The notes beneath the pieces are model-generated. The model made no database searches. It was not told the origin of the DNA and was given only the letters and a program-made list of their open reading frames with translations. A DNA stretch of 64,000 nt from Chrysomallon squamiferum (taxonomy: Eukaryota > Animalia > Mollusca): contig CM022675.1 in the NCBI GenBank assembly GCA_012295275.1, positions 15,872,001 to 15,936,000 on the forward strand. Reading direction: 5' to 3'. The position numbers and the translations under genes were made by a program. Below, one piece after another: positions 49,315 to 63,383 of this stretch (positions are counted from its first letter, which is position 1; the number at the start of each line of letters is the position of its first letter).

Positions 49315-51590
49315 TCATTTTGCTGTCTGTGGAATCTGTGGTAAACCAAACTCATCGACAGGAACATCACCCTGAAACAAAAACAACTGAATTTCAATTT
49401 CTATGTAACATATGATATTTCCTTTTTTTTTTAAATTATTTAAACTATATTTATTATCATTTTATTTGACATTTACTTTTTTAATTATTTAAACTATATT
49501 TATTTTTCATTTTATTTCTAATTTTCTGTTTTAAATTACTGAGACTAGATTTGTGATATGTGGTTATATTCTGACAGAGTTTATCGAGTACTCTACCCGC
49601 ATGCTCTCTGCCCCGGGGTCAGCTGTTGGCGCTGATGGTGCTGCGACTTCGTCTAAGTACGACGTGTCCTGATCTAAACCAATTTCATCTCCGAGTGCGT
49701 CCAGCTCAGCCTCCAGTTCATCATCATCAACCTCCGGCATCCCGTAGTTCCTCCCCAGCACATCCTGAATCTCATCAGCCTGCTCCATCATGTCCTCCAG
49801 CTCATCTTGCATGTTCTACAAAACAAACCAAATTTAATACAGTCTACTGTATGTTCTACAACACAAACCAAATTTAATACAGTCTACTGTATGTTCTACA
49901 ACACAAACCAAATTTAATACAGTCTACTGTATGTTCTACAAAACAAACACAAATTTAATACAGTCTGCTGTATGTTCTACAACACAAACCAAATTTAATA
50001 CAGTCTACTGTATGTTCTACAAAACAAACACAAATAAATAGTCTACTGCATGTTCTACAAAACAAACCAAATTTAAATAGTTTACTGCATGTTCTACAAA
50101 ACAAACCAAATTTAAATAGTTTACTGCATGTTCTACAAAACAAACCAAATTTAAATAGTTTACTGCATGTTCTACAAAACAAACCAAATTTAAATACAGT
50201 CTACTGCATGTTCTACAAAACAAACCAAATTTAAATAGTCTACTGTATGTTCTACAAAACAAACCAAATTTAATACAGTTTACTGCATGTTCTACAAAAC
50301 AAACCAAATTTAAATAGTCTACTGCATGTTCTACAAGACAAAACCAATTTAAATACAATCTACTGCATGTTCTACGAAACAAAACAAATTTAAATAATCT
50401 ACTGCATGTTCTACAGAACAAACCAAATTTAAATACAATCTACTGCATGTTCTACAAAACAAACCAAATTTAAATACAGTCTACTACATGTTCCACAAAA
50501 CAAAACTCTATAAATACAGTCTACTGCATGTTCTACAAAACAAACCAAATTTAAATAGTCTACTGCATGTTCTACAAAACAAACCAAATTTAAATACAGT
50601 CTACTGCATGTTCTACAAAACAAACCAAATTTAAATACAGTCTACTGCATGTTCTACAAAACAAAACAAATTTAAATACAGTCTACTGCATGTTCTACAA
50701 GACAAAACAAATTTAAATACAGTCTACTGCATGTTCTACAAGACAAACCCAATTTAAATAGTCTACTGCATGTTCTACAAAACAAACCAAATTTAAATAC
50801 AGTCTACTACATGTTCCACAAAACAAAACTCTGTAAATACAGTCTACTGCATGTTCTACAAAACAAACCAAATTTAAATACAGTCTACTGCATGTTCTAC
50901 AAAACAAAACAAATTTAAATACAGTCTACTGCATGTTCTACAAGACAAAACAAATTTAAATACAGTCTACTGCATGTTCTACAAGACAAACCCAATTTAA
51001 ATAGTCTACTGCATGTTCTACAAAACAAACCAAATTTAAATACAGTCTACTGCATGTTCTACAAAACAAACCAACTTTACATACAGTCTACTGCATGTTC
51101 TACAAGACAAACCAAATTTAAATACAGTCTACTGCATGTTCTAAAAAACAAATTTAAATAGTCTACTGCATGTTCTAAAAAACAAATTTAAATAGTCTAC
51201 TGCATGTTCTACAAAACAAACCAACTTTAAATACAGTCTACTCCATATTCCAACATAAACAAAATATAATAATTGAAAAAAAAAAAAAAATTGTAAATAC
51301 AGCCTATTATATGTTCTAATACAAAGACTTAAGAAAATAAACATATAAATACAGCCTACTATATGTTCCAACAAACAAAATATAAATACTTGTGTTGGGG
51401 AAAGGAATAAAAAAAGCTGTGTAAACATGGCCTAATGCATCTGATTTATTGTGTGATTTTGTTACTTACTGGAATTTCTTTTGGTTAAAGAAAAATGCAT
51501 GCATAACTAAATAAAAACTTATATTTAATTTCGAAATATAAAAAGTTGATTAACAATTATTACTTTATGTTTTAAATTCTTAGTAAATCA

Positions 51591-51621
<31 letters not shown>

Positions 51622-52526
51622 CATTTCTCACTAACTTGTGGATTAAAATAATGTTTTTTAATTTGTTTGCTATATTTAATAATCAAAATCTTTCATCATT
51701 ATTAGAAAAAACATACCAATCCTTAAAGTTTTATTCCATTTTAATAACTAAACCTAAAATAAAAGATCTTTCCTGCACCATTTTGAATATTTTCTATTTA
51801 AAAAAAATATTTACTACCTGATCAGTACATAATTTTTATTTTATTTTTTCTTGATAATTTTTATTCTTTGATTTACAGAAACACTTACCTCAATATTATC
51901 TATGTTAACATGTTTGTAAGCTTTCTTAAAATCTTTAACACCAATCTTCATGGCATCAACCTGAAATATGAGCAAAGAAAAATCATAAAACAAGAAGATA
52001 AAACTGGAATTTCTATTTACTGTCTTCTAACAAACAAACACACAAATATTACTAATCTTTTTCATTATTATATACAACAGTGACTATCTCAAGAGATATT
52101 TTAATTGTCACTAACTGGTTTTGTTTACTAGTGCTAAGTGATCTAAAATAAATTTTAACTTCACCTTTTCTCAATTAAAAAGAAAGGAATAAATATTTTT
52201 CATAAAAATAAATATTTATTTTGCAAAAATGATTGGTTCATTAAGATAATGTTATTTCTTCATGGATTAAATGGTTTGTATTAAAACACTTAAATTTGTT
52301 AAAAGTTAAATAAATTTTAAAGTAACAACTGATGATAAAAGTTAAAACTGTTTTATTTGTATTGTAATTTTGTATTTGTTCACTAAAATAAAGTTATGTT
52401 CTTCATGAAGCATATACATGTTTTTTATTTGCTTTTATATTTATAGTTAATGCACTTAAAGGTTAAATATATTTAAAAATTACTTCTGAATTGATGTTAA
52501 CATATTATATTCATCAATTTCTGTGT

Positions 52527-52596
<70 letters not shown>

Positions 52597-53649
52597 ATAT
52601 ATGTGTGTGTGTGTGTGTGTGTGCGTGTGTTTATAATTCAGTTTTTCACTCACTGTTGTTTTGGTGTCTTTCAGAGTCTGAATGGCGAAGTTTTGTTGTT
52701 CCAGATTAAATGATTGGTTACCAAGCTGTTCTCGCTGATTCTCATACCTACAAACATCGTAAAAGTCATTTTTTAATTTAGTAACAACACCACACAGTGA
52801 TAATTATTAAAATAACAATAATATCATTAAAATATATTTATCTGAAGTGATCAATATTATTTTTAAATAAAGTGCTAAATTCTGCAAAGTATATACAGAC
52901 ACATACACTCACAATTAAATGTGACAAAATAAAATCTGATTTGAAGGAAATGTTTTGTTTGATCATTCTCAGACTACATTTTGTTTGTGACTGTACAGTG
53001 TTAATTAAGGATGACTTTGATAACAAGAATAGAAACCCACTGTTACAATGTCACAGCTGGATTACAACTGTTAGCTGTGGTCAGAATATGTCCAATATAA
53101 TTTAGCTTACTGTTTTCATCTAAATTAAATTATGCACACAATAACATATGCATACACAGACACATACATATGACATACAGACATATACATACACATTCAC
53201 ACACATACATAGATTCACACATACATACATACACATGCACATACAAACACACACACACACACACACACACAGATATACACACATATGCACACACACAGAT
53301 TTACATTCATATGCACACAGATGCACAGACATATATATGCACTGTATACTTACATTTTCTTCTGTTTTAAAACTCTCATTGCCTTCTGTTTCACCATGTT
53401 CTAAAAATAAAATAATTCTTTTATATAAAAAATGTTATTAATTTAATGAAAAAAGAATGATTTTTTAATTACACCTTTACAGTACAGAATATGCATAAAA
53501 TAACATTCATTCTGTCTCATGTGATACTATTATAATTCAAGAAGCTTTAGAAACTCTAGAACATAATAAATGTCTTCTTGTAACAAGATTAAATTACTGA
53601 TTAACAGTATGCTGTCATTTTCAATTTTACATCTTATATAAATGAAATG

Positions 53650-53711
<62 letters not shown>

Positions 53712-54260
53712 TTGTTTTTTATACTTTTGATGGCCCATCTCTCATCTTCTTCATCTGATTTTTGTATTTTGTAAGTTCTGCCTCCAGGCGAGCAATTTTT
53801 TTATCAATTGATTCTCCACGACTGTCAATCTGAAATACCATTACAAACATCACAATTTTTCTAACAGATACTATTTTTTAGAAAAATATAAATCTCACAA
53901 AGAGAATGGAAAGAAATTACAGAATTATGTACTAATCAAACTTAAAACTATTAATCAATAATGACAATGAACACAATACAAAAGAAAAAAAAATAACAAA
54001 TAAATAAAATAATAAATTATAAATAAAAATAAAATAATAAATAAATTCATTAATTAATAAAGCAGACACTAGAGATAAATGGATATAAAGATATCTTAAT
54101 ATTCATGCCTATGAAATATAAATTAAAACAGAAACTAACAGGGAATAAGATTTGCTGTCATCTGTATATTTTGTTACTTCTGACAGGATGAATTAGATAG
54201 CATACTGTCACTTCAGGTTTATGTTTATGTATAAAAATATTAAATAAAAATAATAGATTT

Positions 54261-54316
<56 letters not shown>

Positions 54317-54469
54317 GGTATTATATCTGCCTGCACACCTCCTAAAAATATTTTTGGATTATTTTTTGTAAACTTTTTACACACACTAAAAGGTAAGTGG
54401 TTAAATATTTCAAGCAAAACAATCCCTATTTATATCGATAACTGGGAGGATGTGGGAGGAAATCGTTCC

Positions 54470-54515
<46 letters not shown>

Positions 54516-55167
54516 TATAACTATACCATATACGTCCAAAATATAGGTTCAATCATTTTTAAATGTAATAAAAGAGATGTTTAAAACTGACAAACAACAC
54601 ATATTAATGATACATAATTAAACAACAGTGTTATGTGGATATAATAAACAAATGGTTAACATGACACACTCATAGTAGCAGTATGTAATGTTAAATGGAA
54701 TCCATTCATATGAATTTAGATGTCATTGTCAGTTTAAATCTTAAAATTCTTAAAATATATTGTCAAGCTATCCATTTCCAGTCGAACATTACTATTTATT
54801 AGATTTTGTGGAAGGATAATTACAAAAGAATTGTCAATACCCAGGGACAGTGTTTTTTTTTACTAATTTTTTAAAAGTTTTTCGATAATTGAAATATTAT
54901 TATTACTACAGAAGTATGTTAACTATAAAATTCTTACAAATTTAAATTCATGTCACTATGACAAAGAGTATTAAAATAATCATAATATAATTGTTTAAAG
55001 TCAGTTGTCGAAAAAAGGTGTAGGTCGAAAAAAGGTGTAGGTCGAAAAATGATTGTTTCTCAACAATTCTAATTATAATATAAAATGGTTCAGCTTACGT
55101 TTGCCACACAATCTGTAAGATTTGGTGGAGGTTCTTTCGGTTTTCCTCTTCCGAAAAGACGATTCAT
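49315..55167 (-). CDS. CHMP5: Charged multivesicular body protein 5 (ESCRT-III, Vps60); exons 55167-55099, 53829-53725, 53400-53354, 52747-52654, 51960-51889, 49815-49597, 49371-49315
   Basis: [121 protein letters not shown]; all phases are consistent. Confidence 0.97.
49808..51242 (-). repeat. ~38-40 bp minisatellite made of CHMP5 acceptor copies (tttggtttgttttgtAG|aacatgc), roughly 36 units
   Basis: The unit on the - strand equals the polypyrimidine tract, AG and first ~7 nt of exon 49815. Confidence 0.95.
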
Positions 55168-55818
55168 ATTCTGTAATATGTACGGAAAAACGAAATAATC
55201 AAATAAATAAATATTCCAGTCCGAAATCAAATCAAGTTAGCTGACTTCCCTGCTTTGGGGAACAATTATTGAAACGATTAACAGAAAGTGATAATAATAT
55301 ATGGACAAGTCGGAATTATGTATATATGTTTTTAAAATATAAATAATATAATTTAAAAATAATGTACGTTACTACGGAATTATGTTGTATTACTAATTTT
55401 TTTTTTTTTAATTTTTTTTCACAGTTTCATTTTGTATTCTCCCTCTTAGCATGATCGTGAGTCAGAATTTGTTTTAGGATATAAATATTACATTTCATCA
55501 CGGTCTGACAATGTGACTGTGACAGCTATTACAGTTATAGATTTTAGGTGAAGCAGTTACAAATAAATTATAATTTAAAGTAAAAATAAATAATTAATAA
55601 ACACTTGGAAAAAAATACAGTCTTATAATTCGTGTTATCGCAACACTTGACAGCAATTCGTATTCAAACCAATTGAACCCATACAATCATTATATTCTGT
55701 TGCACCTTATCCAGTATACTCGGATTTCCATGCCGTGATAATACACCGATGTATTATATGTTGAAATAAACAAAAATGACGAAGACGCAGATTGTAATTC
55801 ACTGGAGGCATCATAATT
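55168..55818. promoter_or_regulatory. Probable bidirectional promoter region CHMP5/SMUG1
   Basis: Divergent genes with a short interval, locally more CpG and several CGGAA/TTCC (ETS-like) cores; TSS positions cannot be determined. Confidence 0.5.
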
Positions 55819-56330
55819 ATGACTATTGAGCGTGTAGCACTATCTCGGCTGACCCCAACCAGTGGTTAGTAGAAATTACAGAAATCTGCTTTTTAACTGT
55901 GGATGATGCTTATTGTTACAAATTTCTTATAAATAATAATGATAATGATAATAATGATGATGATGATACCTATTACTACTAATAAATAAACAAGATTTAT
56001 TAAGTAATGATTGAAATTTAGTATAGACTATTAATGGAAATATTACTAGTAATAACTGTGACTGATTTGTTTACATTTTTTTTTTTATATCTACTTTGAA
56101 ATTATTTATTGAAAAATAATATATTTTTTAAATTATTTTTTGTTTGTTTTAATTATTATTATTTTTTATCTTTTAGAAATTAAACTCACCACAGAAATAA
56201 GGAAGAAACTGTTTAAAGTACTGCAGATGAACACTCTGCTGGTGTCAGACATTTAAATTTGTTTTTTGGCAAAGGATCTGAATCATACATACTTGAACAA
56301 CAAAAATACAAATTTGAAGTGAAAATAGAT

Positions 56331-59300
56331 ATGTCTCATCCTGAAGCTTCTTGTACTAAATACACAAAAGAAGTGAAAAATTCTCCTCTAAGTAGAGGCA
56401 ACTGTACAAAGCTAAAAAGAAGATATTACAGACATAAAACTGATTTAGCATTTGACAAAGATGGATCAGGGTTAACAAACACAGCTGAAGGTCATAATGA
56501 AAGTGACACTAATAAGAAATATTGTGGATCAGGAAATCTAAATAATTCTGAGGTTCAAAAAGATGAAGTCAGAAGCAGGACTGGTGAGATGAAAAATGAA
56601 TCTGAATTTTTAACTTCTCTGCCAGATTGTCTCGTTTCCCAGAGTGCAGAAGACTGTCAGAAACCAAAACACAGTTCTTCCAATCAACATGAAAAAACAA
56701 CAGCTGTTCTAAATTATCACAAACCAGTTTCTTATATTCAAAGAAAAACTAATTCACATGTTTCTAGAGATAACAATTCCAAAACAGTGAAAGTTTTTGA
56801 AACTGTTTCATCACATTCAAGAGATACTGAAGATGTAGAAATTAAGGAGGAATTTCACTGTCGGGGAATCTACACATTTGAAAATCCTTGTCAGACAGCC
56901 CATGAAATAGCAGACAGCTACATCCTCATTGAAAAGTGGCAGTGTGAACTGCTGAGAAAAGTTCCTCTTCCTGATAAAGTGGCTTATGTTTACAATCCGC
57001 TGGAGTACGCCTTTGAAACACATTACAATTTCATTGTCAAGTTCTGCAATTCAGAAAAACACATTTTATTTCTAGGAATGAATCCTGGGCCCTGGGGTAT
57101 GTCTCAAAATGGGGTAAGAAAATGTTTTCTAATGCAGAGGTTTTCAGAGCCCTTGGTTATACAAGCAGTCACATGGGAATATGTGAGGGAAGTTCAGTAA
57201 TGGAGGATGCAGAACGTAAAAACAGTATTTCTACAGAAATGCATTTTAAGAATGATAATTCTCTGTGCCTAACCCTAAAAGTGCCCCAAACTATCTTTTA
57301 TTTAAAAAAATTACAGTTATCTGTTATATTTTATCCAGTATTTAGCACATTTTGCTCATCTATTAGTGACCATACTGAAGGTGCTGTCATGATTTTTAGT
57401 CATTGGTACAAATAACCTGATACTTTCTCCAACGAGTACAGTCAGAAAAAAAGTTTGAAAACCTCTGCTCTGATCTACTGAAAAATACTAATATTAGTTT
57501 TGCTGTTAGATGAATATTTTAGTATGTTTAAATTAATATATGGTTCTCATTTCTGAAGAATGTTATTGCTGATATTAACAAATTTCCCAAATATTGCTTA
57601 CATTTTTCCATGAAATAGCTATATACGATCTAAGCCAAGTTTTGTTAATTATAAGGTATGAACAGACAAATAATTTAGCAGTTTTCTGTTTTATATAGCA
57701 TGGTAATATAATTGTATCCCATTTTATAAAAAATAAATAATAGTAATAATAACAACAACAACAACAACAAAAAACAAACAAACATTCAAATAAATAAATA
57801 AATACAATAGCAATATTCTAATAGTCCACTTATGTTTCAGATGTGAAACCAAATTTTAATATAGAGTAAAAGGAAGATATTGTAAGTTTCCACAACATTT
57901 CTAATTTTGTTTTCAAAAGAACATTAAACTGAAAATAACCTCAGAAACAACATTTCTTGCCTTTTTAGTATGTAGCAGACTTTTGAACATATTTGTACCT
58001 TGTTTCTATCTTTTGAACCAGTGTTAATTATTTATGTTAATTTATAACAGGTTCCGTTTGGAGAAACAAGTATAGTGAAAGACTGGCTTGGAATTGAAGG
58101 CTGTGTACTGAAACCAGAAAAAGAACACCCAAAGAGACCAATTCTTGGACTGAACTGTAAAAGATCTGAGGTAAATATTTTATAATAACTCAAGATTTCC
58201 TAAGTTCAAAACTGTATTGTTCGTAGTCACTGCTGGCTTTGAGATGTAGTCAATCAGCAGAAGAAGAAACTGAATTAACTGTGCCAGCTTCATGAGGGAA
58301 ACTTTTTATAGGGTTGGAACAATAATTCAGTTTTTTTATATGAAACTGAAAGACAATATTTAGATATTTGTACTTAGGTTTATTCAATGACATGCCATTT
58401 TTTCACTTTTCAGAGTATGTGTCATATATTTCAGTGAAATCAGGTGCTCAAATGTCACCTGCTGAAAAATGGTACAAACTTTTGTTGAAACCCAGTATAT
58501 TGACCGAATGTCTTAAACATTATTTTTTATTTAGTTTTGGTAAAAGAACTGCTCACAGGATGGTATTCCTAAAAACAGCTTAGTAGTTAATGTTTTTTAT
58601 TCATGTTAATAATAAAAATGTCATATTTTATTTGTTTTACAAAAAAGAGTATTTAGAAAAAGAATTCAAATTATCTTTTCTTTATGAACGTAGATATTTA
58701 GTCAGTATTGTTTATTAATCAGATTGAAATGTGTTGCAAAATGGAAGGTTTCAGATATTAATAAAGTGTCTTAATTATGATATAAGTGACAAATGAAAGA
58801 TTCAGAATATTTTTGAGACATTTAATATTGAAGTTAGGAAAAGATAAAAGAATAAAGAAGTCATACTGGATACAGTTTCAGTGGTTAGACTGTTCTGCCC
58901 CAGACATATCTTCATCATACAGATCTTCATTAATCCCTCAGTATATCAGAAATGAGGGGATACATGGGGATGGCATTCCCCTATTTATTTAAGTTTCCAT
59001 TTCATGTCCAATTTCTGTACTAGTGTGGAGACAGAGATGTTTATTTAGCAAAGAAATAAAAATATATCACTACCAGTTATCAATAATTTCTGATTGGAGT
59101 ACCCAGTGAAAATGATACTTTAAAAGATAATATTTTGAGACTGGTGAATAATTAAACTCTATAATTAAACTTTATCTGCAGCACCTCTTCTTCCAAATGT
59201 CAGCTTAAAGATCTTAGTATACTTGTAGTTTCTGAAATCTATGTTCATCTCTGCTCTGTATGATCCAAACTTGTTTATAGTGTTTTGTTGTTAGATCATT

Positions 59301-59759
59301 CACATGAAATTTATCTCCCATTTTTCTTTGTTTTAGGTTTCTGGCAGCAGATTTTGGGGATTTTTTAAGACAATCTGCAAGACGCCAGAAAACTTCTTCA
59401 AGACATGTTTCGTGTACAACATGTGTCCAATGGCGTTCATGACAGAAACTGGGAAAAATGTGACACCTCCCCAGCTGACAGCCGAAACCCTCCACCAAGT
59501 AAACTCAGTCTGTGACGAAGCTTTGCTCAAAGTTGTCAAATTGTTGAATGTGAAAGTTGTCGTTGGTGTTGGTAAATACGCGTACACGAGAGCAGTTGGA
59601 GCGATGAAGTCATCCAGCATGATGGGCGTGTCAGTGGATACAGTGATGCACCCTAGTCCCATTAACCCCGCCGCTAACAAAGGCTGGGATAAAATTGTCT
59701 CACAGCAGCTGGAGGAGAAAGGACTGCTAGCAGTTATCAAAAACAATGTCCAGTCCTGA
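56331..59759 (+). CDS. SMUG1: Single-strand-selective monofunctional uracil-DNA glycosylase with long N-terminal extension; exons 56331(or upstream)-57113, 58051-58170, 59337-59759
   Basis: [30 protein letters not shown]|[21 protein letters not shown]|[34 protein letters not shown]: family-3 UDG motifs. The start codon is uncertain. Confidence 0.95.
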
Positions 59760-59912
59760 CACAAAACTTTATACAGTACCAGTATTAATTATTTAAATAT
59801 TTATTAAAAATAATGTCCAGTCCAGTTCCTGTCACAAAACTTTATACAGTATTAATTATTTAAATATTTATTAAAAACAATGTCCAGTCCAGTTTCTAAC
59901 ACAAAATTTTAA
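59739..59912 (+). repeat. ~67-bp triplication spanning the SMUG1 stop codon region
   Basis: aaaaa(c/t)aatgtccagtcc...cacaaaa(c/t)ttt at ~59739, 59806 and 59873. Confidence 0.85.
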
Positions 59913-62900
59913 ACAAACCATTATTTAGGTGGTTATGAAAAATATTTACAATTGATGATTTAACATTATTTATTAAAAAAAAATAATAATAAAAAGAATA
60001 AGTATATAAATAAATAAATATAATAAAAAAGAATATAAATATTTTATTTAGTGGACAAAGTTTCTGTTAACAATAATTTTTATTTATAAAATACATTTAT
60101 TGTAATTTATTTCCCACCAAAGAATTTTTTTTTTTTAATCGTTGCTCATGCAATATCAGTTGCGTGTTTTAACTGATCTCAAATGAGTATTATTTCCTTA
60201 AACAAATGACCTAAACACACTTGGTATCATTTTCTAAACTTCTAACAGTAATATTAAATTATATATATATATATACTAACATACAGTCTGTCTTTTTGTC
60301 CACTTACAATTTTTTTTTTTTTGTATTGATGCTAAATTTATCAAAGCTGAAGATAAAAAATCTGAATTCAAACAGTGTTGTCTTTAACTGCAATGTATCT
60401 GGTGACAGAAAAACATGCAAAAAGTAATTTTAGGAATTATAATTTAAAAAAAAAATAATGCATGTATGTAAATAAAATCATAATAATAGTTAACAAAAAA
60501 TTAAAATACTGAGATGAAATGTTTAAAGAAAATATTAAAGCATAAAAGTGTATCAGCTTTTGAGAGTTTCAATTTCATTTGTATATACAAGTTTTGTTAT
60601 TTTGAACTTTGTAACATTTTGTTGTTTTTTCTAAAATGCATGCAAAAAAAAAAAAAGAAAGTGTGCTTATTTTCCCTTATAAATTTATATTGCTTTTTAT
60701 TATTAATTTTTATTTTTTTATCCCAATAAATTCATGCATTTTTAGTTTATTTCCCAAAAAAAAACAAAAATTTTAAAATTTTCAACCATTTATTTTTTAC
60801 ATTTTTGCTCTACAAACACTCAACATTTTTGTTGTTTGTTTCTGACAATACACAAGGTTTGTTTTTTGTTTTTATCTTTAATGTAAAAAGTTATTTGCTG
60901 AAATATACAAACAGTTCTTGTTTGGTTTTTGATTAATATATTGGAATTATGGTGCAGTTTCAAAATGCACTTCGACTTTAATTTTGACTTGCCATTTAAC
61001 TATTAATTTTTGTCATTTATGAATGTGTAAAACAGAAGTAAATAAAAGTGATTCTTGTAAGATTAACAAAGACATTTTATAAACATAATCATTTATAGAT
61101 CTGTTTGATTAAAACATTTTTAATTTCATTTAACTGAAAGATATTTATATTTTTTGTTTTACTGTAGTGTAAAACACAAACACAAAACAAACAAAAAAAG
61201 CCATTAACATTTCATTTTGATATGCTTTATAAATCTGTGATTAACAAATAAAAAAATAAATATAAAAAATAAAATAATTTCACTTATATCATATACCTAT
61301 ATTATAGATACACATGTATCTACAATTTTATGGATACATACCATTATTATATATACCAACATTATTAATAACAAGTAAGCCAATGTTATTTTTGTTTTTA
61401 TTTATTAACAGTAATATATACAAATTTACTTCGATTACAAATAACAAAAAGAAGAGAAACTCAATCGTGAAGAGAATAATCATTCCTCTTTGTGTTTCTT
61501 CTGACGTGAAGACAGAAGTATTTAACAGACTAAACAAGAGTTTGAGCACTTTACAGTGAAATTTAACTGCTTATTTACAAACTTTCTATGCACTGGGGCT
61601 GCATGTGCTATACCCTCCCCTTGAGTAAAAACCCAAAACAAGGTTTTAACAAACTGCAAACAAACTGTAAACTGAAGTTCAGCTGCTGTTGAACAATGAT
61701 TTTATTTTGCAGACAGTTTCATTTATCTTGTGAGAATTTCTGTTTATTACTACAGTTTTGATTTATATTAATTTTGAACTTTAATACTGACTTGGTTTCT
61801 GTCAAATGCAAAGTTTCTGAAATAACCACATATATGAACTTCGGCAATGTTTTAATATGTCTATGAAAGACATCACATTTATCCTCTATCATATCTAAAG
61901 ATAACAGTCTTTACTCCAAAGAGAGTTACTATTATACATGAATTAGTGGCCTTTTTGGTTTGTACAATGTATCTGGCAATTAAGAAAAACAGCAGAACTG
62001 CATTTTAAAAAAATCAATGTAAATAAATGTTTGAATTACTGAGATGAAAAACTTCATATTTAAAACATGACAGCTGACAGCCTATAGGAATGAACTGCAG
62101 CAGCCCCAGGACTTTTCACATTCTAAACAAACATTACCCATGTGCCCTCAAACAATGACAATATAACCATTTGAACAATGTCAATAATAATGAGAGAAAA
62201 AATGTGTAAAATACTTGGAAGTAAATCAATATAAAATCACAAACAATATATTTATAAATAATACAAAATATCACAATCAATATACATCGTAATTTTACGA
62301 ACTGATTAACAAATAAGAAATTATCAGTAATTTTAACTGACTTTTTAAAAACAAATTATTTTAGAATCATCCTGATCTATCATTTCAAATTTGTGAATGT
62401 TAGTAAACAAATCTCATCTAAATTCTTTTACAAAATCATCATTAAAAAGATAAAAATTAAAATTATTTAAAATAAAAGATTACAAGCGAAATCAACTTGT
62501 ACTAGGTCAAATAAAACTAACAGAGGCAAACTGAATCAAACACCAAATCAATCTTATCAAACTGAATCCAAATAATACAAAAATTAAATCTTAAAAAAAG
62601 ACACATTCCATATTTACTCATGTATAAGTCACAATATAAAACATTTTTTTTCAAAATTATTAAAAAAATGAATTAAATGATATATATATATATATATATA
62701 TAAAATGCATTTGTATATCAATTAAAATTGAAGTATTAAGCTGACAAATAATAATTCACCATAAAGAGTTTTATATATATATAAAGTATGCACACACCCA
62801 TATATATTGGCTGGTAATATACAACTGATAAAATAAACCCACATTTCTTGGGTCTATGAATAGCTTGCATCCCAAAGTTCTGTACTTTATTTAGTTAACT

Positions 62901-63352
62901 GAAAAAAGATGGTGAAGCTTATATGTGAATAAATATGGCACCATTAAATACTGCAACTAGTACAACATTCTGCTGCAAGATATCAACTAGCTAGTAACTT
63001 TACAACATATATTCTTTAATTAAAGATATGTTCTGAATAAAAAACACAATCACCATATAGTATTAATTGAAATTTACTGGGGTTACTATCTATGAAAAAA
63101 CAAAATACACACACATAACATACAAGCTTGTCATTGTAAGAAGCCAGGGAATATAGAAGATATTATCTTTGTTTAAAAACTTATTTATATTTAACAGATC
63201 TTTGATGGCTATAGTAGTATTTCTGTGTTAATAATACATTAAATAAAAATAAATAAATATATAATAATAGTAGCTGTAGTAATAACAATAACAATAATAT
63301 TAATAATTAGTAATAATAATGATAATAATAATAATAAATGATGACGATGATG

Positions 63353-63383
<31 letters not shown>

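Noticed and set aside
49808-51242. CRISPR-like regular array and the FCRTCS/CFVEHAV repeat ORFs
   Set aside because: No unique spacers; eukaryotic intronic minisatellite; the ORFs are incidental.
59333-59764. 143-aa antisense ORF
   Set aside because: Shadow of the last SMUG1 exon.
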